Assembly: GCA_046563655.1 (NCBI GenBank)
Contig: CM102288.1
Span: 2,046,001 to 2,110,000, forward strand
Source: Yuukianura sp. NJ FZ-2021
Taxonomy: Eukaryota
Length of the DNA stretch: 64,000 nt
Direction of reading: 5' to 3'
Of the stretch, positions 36,701 to 48,700 are shown piece after piece. Made by a program: the position numbers and the translations under genes. The notes under the pieces were generated by a model. That model did not search any database. It was not told the DNA's origin and was given only the letters and a program-made list of their open reading frames with translations. Within the stretch, counting starts at the first letter, position 1; every line of letters begins with the position of its first letter.

Positions 36701-39700
36701 GTGGGATATGTGGGCAAGGTTTTCTTCACGCCCTACTTCCTGTGGCCCATTGTCACTGGAGTTCCAACAGAATAATAAGGGAGAAAGCAGGAGGGATTCA
36801 TCTACTGGCATTCTGAAGCGGGATTTGGGCCACCTAGGACACCACCAGATCTAGCTGCTTAAATGCAGCTAGATTAAGGTGGTGGGGAGGAGGAGGGGCG
36901 GAGAAAAGCAAGATGGTTACCCCTCATTACCTCCCAACAGAGCCCTTCTAATCCACTGAAATGAATCACAGAGGAGTGGAGAAAGCAGACATGCCAAAAA
37001 AAGTGAAAGCCGACGTAAAAACTCAATGCAAAAAGTGAAAGCCGAAGTGAAAAGTCAACGCGAAAAAGGGAAAACTCAAAATCGACGTGAAAACGGTGAA
37101 AGTTGGCGTGAAGTCACAACAGACGTTAAAACATGGGATCTGACGTGAAAAACGTGAAAAGCGACGTGAAAAAAAAGTTAAAACGAAAACGTACCGTGGG
37201 GCATCGTTCACCAAAGCCAGCTTTCCAAAGTCATCTCCTTCATACAAAGAGGTCACGGTTCCTTTTCCACGAATCTGGTTTAAAACAACATTCCAACATT
37301 TTTTAAACAAAGGCTCAAGGTTCAAAAATTTTCAAAACAACAAACTTCTCATAAATCAAACCGAAACCACCAAAATTTGAAAACAAACTTGAGTCGACTC
37401 AGCAGAGTAACATCAAGTGTATAAACTTTCCTTGTTCCCTGCTCGTAACTTTATTGAACTTTAAGATTTTCTATACAAGTAACCCCAATTTTTTTAAACT
37501 GGCGATTTTAACGACCATAATCTTTGTTTTACATATCTTTGTTCATGACATGACTTGATTTTTTTTTTGTAATTCCTTACCACAACATTTACGGAGCCCT
37601 TCAGAATAATGTACCAACTCTTCCCTTCATCCCCTTGATGGAATACTGCAAAAATTCAAGGAAAAAGCCTTCAATTTTGTAGTTAGTTACTTAGTTATTT
37701 AGTTAATAAAACAAGTGTAGAAGTCCAGAACCTGTTCAAACAGCAACCAAAATTTTGGGAGAAAGAATCAAAAAAATTTGTTTCCAGCTTACAAACTGTT
37801 CCCTGGGTAGGATGAGCTTCAAAGACAATGACTCCTGCTAGTTCTCTTTTGACTGAATTTGAAAGATGAGTGAGAGCCTTGATGTGGAGCAGTTCTTCAT
37901 AGATCATCTCCAGATCATCAGTGGTTCTCTCGTAACTTGGTTTACGTAGAATAAGGCGCATGATGGCATCAGGGGCCCTTTGAGCCAAAGTGCCCAGTAT
38001 TTCGGAACACTTCGTGTCAGCCTCCCTCTCATCGTCTGAATTCGGAAGTCCTCGGCTCCAGTTCCGACTACTCGCGTGCTCACTCTCGGCATCAATCGTG
38101 AATCGGTAGAAGATGTACTTGTCTCTAAATGGATGTTCCTGAGTCACTTGTTGAATGACCCCTTCTTCCAGAAGGGCCCCCCACATCCCTGTGGCTTGAT
38201 GTCTCGACTTGACTATTCCACTGGCACTACCAATTGCCAGTAGCCAATCAACCATCTCTGCTCCCACGAGGCACCTTCTGTAAGTTCGGGATTGCTGCCT
38301 TCGGTCCCTTACGAGCCCTGGACTCCTCGTCAGAATCATCGTCCGCAGAATTCTGCCCGCTCGGGACATTTCGGGTGAGGGAACCTTCAAAAAACATAGC
38401 TTAGTTAAGTTAATCTAAAAATTTAAAAAGTTGACCTTTGACCTCTGACCTCAGTGGTTGACCTTTGACCTTACCGTGGTAATTGGAAGCGAAGGATTTG
38501 GTTCATCCGGAAGCGGTTTCTTGGGTCTGTCTTGCGCGTTTTTGAGACTTAGATGATTTCTGGCTCGTTGGCTCTCCAGGGCTAAAATGAAAGAAAAAAA
38601 AAACAAGTTAGAAAACTTTTACACTTTTTGTTAAAAGAAAAGCAAGAAACAAAAAAAAATCAGACTTTTGCGAAAATAACTTTTCCAGAAGCCAAAAAAT
38701 TGTGTTTTCCACAGTTTTTCTTTAAAAAGAAAGTTTTGTAACTCCGCTGTTTCTTGTTAAAACAGAAACAGCATGTAACATGTAAGACTTTTCAAGTTTC
38801 TTTTTAAAATTTTGTGTAGAAAAATCTAGCGTTTTCCTAAAACTGTTTTTGATCTGTACAACAACCCCTTCTGATCATGTCTGAAACCCAAACAAACACA
38901 CAAGAGAGCAAGAGAGATGAAAAGTATCAAATTCCAGAGGGGAAGAGGCGTAAACCCAAAGAAAATCAAAACAAAACAATAGAATCAGTGTGAGACTGAG
39001 ATAAACCTGGGTCTAGAAGGCTCAGGGGGAGGGGGGTACTTAAAGTTAAGGTGGGGAGATAAATCGAGAGGCTCAAGTATCCTATTACGCTGATGAAAAT
39101 CCTCCAGACTAAACTGTGTGAGGTGGCATTTCCACTTAAAAGTTGAAACGGTTTTTGGCACTTTGAACAAAAAGTTAGACTGTAGGAAGGCAGCTTGTTT
39201 GAGACAATCGCTGATTGTGGATCGCTCGTAAAGGAACAAAGGCAATGAGCCGGAAACATCAGCGTTTCACATCTTTCTAGCAGCTTCTACTGTCGCCATT
39301 TCAGGTTCACATTTTCTAAAAAACGAAAAAGTTAAAAAAAAGTCTTCACTAGAATCGCTGCAGCGTCACTTTATCTCCATCAAAGGAGTTGAGCCAAACG
39401 AAACTTCAGTTTGGATTGGTCTTTCGTCTCTGCCAAAAAAGGCTTTGAAAAGTATAAAAAACACGAAAAAATCACAAAACTGCAAAGGAAAGAAAGAAAA
39501 AAGTTGCGAAACACAAAAATGTGAACATGGAGAAAGTACAAAAGTGTTACAAACATTAAAAAAAATACATTTTTTTTTTTCAAAGACGCAAATTTTTCCT
39601 TTTATGGAAAATAGTCAGCAAGGTCGCAAAAAAGTGGAAATGAGGTACCCCGTTGTGTGCGAATTTTTTTGAAAAGTTGGTCAAAAGAATTGCCAATTTT

Positions 39701-42700
39701 TTCTTGCTCTTCACGTTTCCTAATTTCCAACAGCCTTTGAGCAAAAAATTTCTCCATTTTCGGCTGCTCCCCCTGCTGTTTACATTATTTTTGAAATGTA
39801 CAGCACGTTTCAAAAGTAATCCCAAGAGATTACAGATAAAATTTGAACAAAAGACGTTTCTGTTCAGAGTGTAAAATTTTGGATAAATTGGGAGAAAGTT
39901 GGTGTTAAGCTTAGGATGGAAACAGAATAGGAAATACTCTGGAAAAGCGTAATTGAATTCTCTTTCATGTTCTTGTCTTAAACTCTAACTGTATTCCCTT
40001 TAATCCTAAAAGTTTCCTAAGTTGCACAGGACTTAAGGGAAAAGAGAGTGGTACTGCTACTTTTTAGAACAACTTTTCAACATTGTTCAAACAGAATTCA
40101 GAACAAAAAGAGCTTTACTGCTCTAGACGTCTGAATAATTTATTCCTCTTGAACACAATAAGAAAATGGACAATAGATTCGGATCAGGCGAACACAAAGT
40201 CCAATCCACTTTCTGCCTAAAACATCCGAAAATGGATGAATTTTTTAAATTGAATGGATCTTCCCGCGCAAAAGAGCGTTGCTTAATTCTCGCATTCATT
40301 CCTACATGTACCACTAAACTATTTAGAAAACCTAGCCTAACATAGGGTTAAACCTAACATTATGCTAGGAAAACCAATCTAATTTACTCCAGAACATAAA
40401 ATAATGTAATAAAATGTATAAATGAATGTATATAAATAAATTATGTAAATTATGACTTACTTCCTTTGAGTTTGGAGTGTCCAAGGAGATCTTCCATCAT
40501 TTCCTTATTCTTCTGCAAGGTAAAAACGAGTAGAGTTTTAGCCGGGGCAAGTCGAATTTCATGACTCAAGTACCCCATACAAATTTCATATTTTTGGCGA
40601 TGCAGGTACGAGTGTGACCTTCGTGGTCGAGGTTTTGGCAAACTCGAGGTCAAAGGTTGTTCAGGATTCAACTCAACCATAATCCCAACACACCACCAAA
40701 ACTAACACAGCCAAACTTTTCTTTTGTTAGGATCTTCAGTTTTCTTGAAATTCCAAATTTGAAATCATTTAAACCGATTAGTGTTGTGGTTTTCTTTTGT
40801 TTTCCGCCAAAAAACTGTTTTTCCTCGTTCGTTTGTTTAAATTTTTCCTCCGTCAATTGCCTTTAACTTCTTTTTGCAAATCACTTAAGCGCCCGCAATC
40901 GTCATTTCCGTTTGTACTCTCCAGACTTCTTTATCTTCTCCGGTAAAAGTTTTGCACAGCCGTCAGAGTGCGCTTCAAGCGCTAACTTTTATGCAAGCGT
41001 CTCCAATTTCAAAAAGAAGCGCTTCCAGCGATTCCTCCAACTTGGCGCTTATCACACTTCTCTCCAGCAAACAAGAATAAATAAAAACCACAATTTTCTG
41101 GAAAAGCGGAACTTAAGCTTCTGCTTGGGAGAAAGAAGAACACTATAACTTTTACTCTGTCTTTTGATTTCCTGTTTCAAAAAGTTGTGCGCCGCCGGTT
41201 TCATACCATTTCCGGTTCTAACTTTCCAACTTGCTAAGTTCGTTCTTCCGTTTTCGAACAGACGCTTTTTAGTTACTTCAAAGTTTCGTGGTTGCCTGCA
41301 GCAGCAACTGGATATGAATGGATAATGTTAAAAACCTATTACTGTCTTGGATCTTTGAAAAACCAGGGAGAAGATAGATGTAATGCTGTACGTTATGCTA
41401 TGAGAACTGAATAATTCAAAGGAGATCACTCTGAAGCACTTTATGGATGAAGGAGAAGAAGTGTGATCTGGTTAAGTGGGCTGCCTCTCCTTTGCAAATT
41501 CTGCAAGATTAGGTAGCACTTATTTGCTCAAAAGATACGCAACAGACAACTTTTCAAAGTGGCACAGAATTCAATTCATTCAGCCCACACAACAGGGACA
41601 CTCAAATCACCAAAACAAACAGACAGCAAAAACAAAGCTACGTTTCGCACAAAACATGATTCAAAAAAGTCATTCACACCTTCATTAATCACCAAAAATC
41701 GTCACCTTCATATCAATTTAAACAATATTTTCGCAGTTTTAGTTAGAATGTCTAGTTCTCTAGTTTGAAACTTCTGTGGCATTGAGTTCTTGATGTGACC
41801 TTTGACCTGACAAGGTCACGAGGGTCAATTTGGTTTGGAGTGACTGGCCTAATGTATCTAAGGTTAGCGGACCAAAAATGCTGTTGATGTGTGACTGTAC
41901 AGAGATGATCTCTGCGTGAGAGTTGATCTTGTGTCCTAATTGTGCTCAATTGTCTTTTGGTCTGTGGATCTATTAAATTAATGATCTCGTTCTGTCCTCA
42001 TCATCTCATTGTTCCTTATGACATTCGGCCTAAATACTTCACAAGTCATAACTACAGGATCAAACTGGACTCCGTATGTCTAGACCTAACTTAATCATTA
42101 AGGCCAAAACTACATTCTTCAAACTAACCTAACCCAAAACCACAGTGGTCAAATTCTTAGCAAATTATTACAAAAATTGACGCTTCTGATCTAATGTTCT
42201 GCTCTTAACATCAAGGAAAAAATTACAAGAATTGCCAAAAACTGAGCATAGTTTGTGCGAATTCCCTTGCCTTGCTTTCCCATGACTTTGGTAACAATTC
42301 TTCTTCCCATGTAGTGAACAAATGGTCCCATTCCCAGGAATCCAATCAACACGCAACAACGCCCTTCAAACCCAAAAACACCCATAACACATAAATTACA
42401 CTCAAAAACTCAGCCAAACATAAACTCAATTGACACGAACACAGTTTTCAACAGGAAGAATAAGGGATGCGGTGGCAAGGAACCACATATAAACACAACA
42501 TACAATTTGTAACATACTAGCATAACACAAAATACGATTTGTAACATAAAAACATAACATAACATCACATACAATTTGTAACACACATGCAAGCATAACC
42601 AACATACCATTTGTAACATGCATACAACCATAACATACCAACATACAACAAAGCAACATACAATTTTAACATGCATACTAACATAACACAACATCATTCC

Positions 42701-45700
42701 CTCCGATACCTAACATACCCGATACTTCTCACTTTAGCCATGAAGCGTTTGAGCGAGCAAGTGAAAATCCAGCGAACCAACAACTTTCTTTTTTCTTTAA
42801 ATTGAAAATTGAAATGAGGCTGAGGATTATCAACCACACGCAGACAGAAAAGAAACTTATTTTCAAAAAAAAAGTTCTTTTTTTCTTTTTGAAAAAATGG
42901 GAAAAGGATTTAGGACAGTCCTTGTGCCCTACACGTTGCTGGAATACGCGATTTCTGCGTCAAGAGCTTACGGAGACGATGGCGGCGGTGAAAGTCGGTT
43001 TGAGTTGCTTTGAACAAGGTTTTGGGTGGGTTTTCCCCATATTCCCTCGAGACGCACATCAAATAACTCATTTCCTCTGTTGGTCATCTGTCCAAAACTT
43101 TCATTTTTTTCAGAAAGATGAAAATGGAAAACTAAAACCAACAACAGGAAAAGCCAAAGTAGCAGAGCTTTTCAGCATCAGCTTTCACTGACAGGCAACC
43201 TACTAAGCTCCCCCCGTACTTCATTTCAAAAATTTAATTGAAAATGATGTCAAAAAGTTTGGAAAAACCGAAAAACGGGAAACTGAAGTTTCCAAGCCTC
43301 TACCAATTTCAGTTTTTAACGAAAAGCTAATACGCAACCTAATTTTTTTGCTCAACTTCACTTAAAGTCAGAGCTTAACTCCAAAATAGCGCTTTTGAGT
43401 TTTCGTAATTGAAAGTGTTGGCATATATAAGTCTACAAGTTTTTTAGCCTAACGTCTAAGGAACTATAAAGTTAGGTTAATTTAGGTTATTAGTGAATCC
43501 TAGCCTTAGCCTAACCACTGAGATGAAAAAGATGAAGATGAAGTGGATGTTTACCCCCAAAACGGAAAAACCTAGAAAGTTAGTCGGTCGCTGGGTTTTC
43601 AGATAATTAAAGTTTTCTCTCCTGTTTCAAAATTGTAGTAAAGAAAAGCTTTCCTCGCATGCTGCAGTTTTTCCTTATGCTGTTTGGTCCAAAATTTGGA
43701 ATTTGAAAATGCTGGAGCTTAAAGTCTCTCGTGCAAAAAAAAAAGAGAAAGTTTCGAAACTCTTTTCAATTTACTCTACCCTGCTGCGGTTAGCTGGATC
43801 TTGTGCAAACTTCGTAAGTTAAAGTTAGTTACTTTCAAAAGTTTTGTCTCTCCTAACTATAAAGTGTAATTTGAAACTTAGTACTTCTTATAGTAATTTT
43901 TTCCAGCCCTTTTCTTGTGCTTTCACAGGATTAACTTTCTCTTTTCCTAATAATCTACAGTAGCATAGAAAACGATTGGAAATGCCTTGAAATCTCGGAA
44001 AATCTGAACAGGAAGAAAAAAATCGAAAGACACAAAAGTTTGCTTTCGGGATTCAAAAATTTTTGGTTAAAGCAGTTTGGGAAAAAAAGTTTTTTTAAGG
44101 TTTCGTTTCTACTTACGGGGGGTTTCAGTTTTAGTGTTTCTGAAATTTGAGAGTACAACCATTGTATTCCGGCGCTTTTTAACGCAAAAACGCTGAAAAT
44201 GAAGCAGCGGTGGGAGATTTAGAAAAGTTGCTGCCGTCGTATTTGAAAATTGCCGGAAACCGGAAGCAGAAGGAGAGCATGATTCCTCTTTTCCCTCTGC
44301 TTTCACTCTCCCATTTTTTAGTTGTCATAAAATCTAAAACTACATTAGGTTTATTCCGGATCAAGGCTCTGCCATGGTGAAAGGGGATCTCAGGTTGGTT
44401 TTAGTTGTGTCTACGCGCGTATTTGCTTTGAGGTGGTCTGGTTAGATTAGTCATGTCGGAGAAAGCATCTGAAACTACTAAAGCAGAAGCTTAAAGTTTA
44501 AGTTTTGCATTGCGTGTGACGTCAGTTGTGTCACATCCGACCTAGCCTTGTCATGTCGCTATGATTAAATTGGAGATCACTTGGTTCCTCTAGTCCAAGG
44601 TATCTACTAGTACTTATACCACTACTATTTGCTTTCCCTTTAGTGGAATTCCTGATGAACTTCCACTCTGTTCCAGCTGTGACCATCCAAGAAGTCTTCT
44701 ACTCTGGTTTGAAATGGAAAGTGGAAGTGAAAGTAAATTACCTGGAAAAGAACTCGAAAATCCCTCTGCTCCACCCGAAGAAGTTGACAGGCCTCTCTCG
44801 TCACAATCGTGTTTTCTCGGGGACTAGAATTAGAACACAAACAAAAAATTAGTAAGTTCCAAACTCGTTTTTATCTAACTTCAAACACGCCAATGTCTAC
44901 TTAAAAACTACTTTTTAGTCCACAACTTTTTAAGATTTCCAAAAAGCTAGTTTAACAAGTACGAAACTTTTAAAAAGTCGCGTTGAAAAAATAAAAGAAA
45001 ACTTTTCAAACTTTGGTTCAAAATTAACTTTAAATCCAAAAAAGCCTTATTTAAAAATGTAGGTTGAGGTAAGATTTAACGAGTGTCACTCTAGCTGCAA
45101 GATGTAGCCACTCCGGTAATCTTATTTGGCTACACGTACACCTTGGTGGCAACATTTGAAGCCGTCAAATATAACCTGAAGTGGCGACATAAATACCCGC
45201 AGTGTAAACGCAAAGTGGCTACACCGCACGGCTACAATGACGCTCGCTAAACCTGACTTCAGCCAAAATTTCGGTTTGGGCTATTATGCGAGGATTTACG
45301 GTATTCTATTTTCTCGTTCACTTTCACTTTGACAGTTAGTTTTTTTTTTAAATTCAGAGCTAAGTTCTTGTTGTCTTTTTCAGAGCTAAAGTTAGACCGC
45401 GTTTGGATTTACATTAGAGTTATGTTAAAAATATAAAATACCGCAGCAGTTTAGTAACTCGTACCCAATAAACCAGTAGCAGCTACATCCGAATGGCTAC
45501 AAGTGGAGAAAGGTAGCTGTAGCGTCGTTCGAATTCTGTCAGACGGATTATGTGTCGGCATGTCTGAATTTTGACAACTTTTGTATTCTATTGGATGATT
45601 ATGTATACTATTGTTAGAAAACGTACAACAGAATACTTATTTACTACTTTGTCGCGCCTGAGCAGAATGTGGAACGCTGTAAGAAAGCTACATAAGGTAC

Positions 45701-48700
45701 TGAAGTGGCTCTTGTTTAGAAATTGTGATCAACATCAGTTGATTACAAATTCGGCTGTTTAATTTTAATCACTAACTTACATTTATCACTTGTTTATAGT
45801 TTCTGCAATAATAAAACGATAGTCCCTGTATCTTTACTGTGGTTGCATTATTTTTGTTTTTGGTTAAAATGACTCAAAGGTACAGATTGATCTTAAATGC
45901 CTAAGAAATCGAGGTTCTGGAGAAACCATCGAAAGAGTTTGTCTAACGATCTTTTGTGTCATCATTGTCCTCGTTCTTCAACTAAATTTCAAAAGTTACG
46001 CAACTTTAGAACTGCTGAAGACGACAGTTCGAGCTACATCACATCAAGTAAGCAGTGACACTTCAGTCTGAGATTCCAGGGATACTAGAATTGAAAGGTC
46101 AACCTGTGCGTAAGTGTTTAACCTAGTACATGAACTTACGAAAAATTGAGTTGCATGGGATAAGACCAAATACTATCCTACAGTACCAGTATTTCATTCC
46201 AGCTTCTTAGTACAATTCTATAAAACAAAATCCCTAAGACTTTACTAGTTACCGATATACCCTCACTTTTGAGACTGGTTTGGACAATTCCATCGGATGT
46301 TGCCTAAATTATTATTATATTTTTATTTGTCATAGAATCATGAATGTTAACGGTCGTATGAAGCTGTACACACCCAGGCATATCAGACGTAAAGCCCTTC
46401 AATCAGCCAGGCGAATGTCAGGGCAGATTAGACGAGTCCGACTGTTTCCGAATCCGGATGTTCCAATTGGTCTGACTGGTATCGAGCAGGGCTCCGCTAC
46501 TGTTTCATCCGATGTGCATGAGGAAATTAACGGCCGCATTAGTAGTGTTAGCAGTGGAAGTGATAATGATGATAGGGATTTGGCAGATTCTTCTGAAGTT
46601 CCTAGGTCATCAAAGGTTGAGACGATTAGTGAATCCCTTCGGAATTGGGCGCTGAGGAATAATGTGACTCATTCCGCGTTGACTGATCTCCTACGTGTTC
46701 TTTCCGAGTTTAACGTTTCTGATACCCTGCCAAGAGATGCTCGTACGCTTTTACAAACACCGCGAAGTGTAGTGGTTCGTGACATGCCTCCTGGTACTTA
46801 TTGTCATTTCGGACTAAGGGCAAGGATTGAAAGTTTACTTTTAAAATATCAAGAAGTAGCAAATACATGCCCGCCTTCTCTGCTACATTTACAGTTCAAC
46901 ATCGATGGACTACCGTTATTTAAAAGTAGCTCCGAGCAGGTCTGGCCTATTCTTTGTCATATTTGTGAATTAACTTTTCCACCATTTGTTATTGGCATCT
47001 TCTGTGGATCGGGAAAACCAGAAAGTGTTGAGTTATATTTGGAAGAGTTTGTAAACGAACTTTTTGAATTGACACAGTGTGGAATTCAAACCGATACTTT
47101 ACATCATGATGTTTGCATCAAGAGCTTCGTTTGTGATGCTCCGGCTCGGGCATACATTTTAGGAATCAAGTCTCATTCTGGCTATTCATCTTGTGGAAAG
47201 TGTTGGATTTCCGGTGACTACGTGCGAAATAGGGTTGTGTTTTCCGGCGTCAATTTCAAACTAAGAACAAATGAGGAATTTCGAAATCACGTAGATGAAG
47301 ACCACCATTTAAAACATTCGCCACTTGAAGTACTCACATCTCTAGATTTGGTAAAGGCAGTTCCATACGAATTTATGCATTTAGTGTGCTTAGGTGTCAT
47401 GAGGAAGTTGATCTTACTGTGGCTTCGTGGTAACGTTACAGATTTCAGACTGGCTAGTGGAAGTGTCGACATAATTTCCAAAAATCTTCTGGCACTTGCT
47501 TCCCAAACTTGTGTTGAATTTAATAGGAAGCCTAGATCATTAAGGGAAGTTGATCGCTGGAAGGCTACCGAATTTAGGCATTTTCTTCTGTACAGTGGTT
47601 TAATAGTGACAAAGAGTGTGCTACCACCAGAGCATTATGACTTGTTGTGTGTTCTATCTGTGGCAATTAGAATTCTGGCAACAAAATCTCTATGTATGAA
47701 GCTAAATAGTTATTCAAATTCTTTACTTCTTCATTTTATCAAGAAATTCGAGAAACTATATGGAAGACACAACATGTCCTATAACGTCCACGGTCTGCAG
47801 CACCTTGCAGAAGATGTGAGAAACCATGGAGCTTTGGATTCGTTCAGTGCATTCAAGTTTGAGAACTTCCTAGGAGTGTTAAAAAAATTCGTTAAATGTC
47901 CCAAGACTCCTATCAAGCAGTTGCACAACCGCTTAACTGAACATTTTAATTCAGAACCGTTACAAATTTGTAAAACCAACAACCCAGAATTACATCAGCA
48001 GCATTATCTAGGTCCAGTTCCTACAGGGTTTAAATGTGATCAGTTCAAGTCTCTGAGCTTAAACCAATTTACTTTGAAGCGCAAGGTTCCTGATTGTTTT
48101 TGTGAGGTGAAAAGTGGTTCTATAATTCAAGTGAAAAACATTTGTCGTTCTTCCGAAACAAATTTAGTTTACGTTTTTGGACTTGAGTTTCAATCCAAAT
48201 CATCAGTGTTTCGACATCCTTGTGACTCGAAGCTTCTTGACATATTCAAACTGAGTAATCTAAGTGAGGAGTTAAAGTTGTGGGAAATAAGTTCTATTAT
48301 TCAGAAACATCAAGTTTACAAACTGAATAATGAAACATTTGCATTTCCATTAGTTCACTCTCAATAATGTCGTTTCCCCGGTACTGGATTCTGGCACACT
48401 TTCCGGATTCAGGAGAATACGAAGTAGCCCCATCTTCATGGCTTGCAGAAGACGGATTTACTTGTTTTTGGCCACCATGGAAGAACATGTCAAAAGTAGT
48501 AGCAGCGGTGGAAAAAAATATTCCGTTGGACCCTTCCTGGCCTTCATATCGTTTCAGAATTATTGGAAATAAAATATTTGGTAAATTCGATTTTTAAAAT
48601 TCGATCATACGTAATTTGAAGTAACTTTTCAATTGTTTTTTTTTTCAGACAACTACGAGGCTGCCGCGAGCAAGTTAGAAAATGCAGCCTACACTTCTGA

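Noticed and set aside
36995..37190. Degenerate aaaagtgaaagccgacgt repeat in an Epac intron
   Set aside because: Short, low-complexity and without termini or coding signal; no function can be supported.
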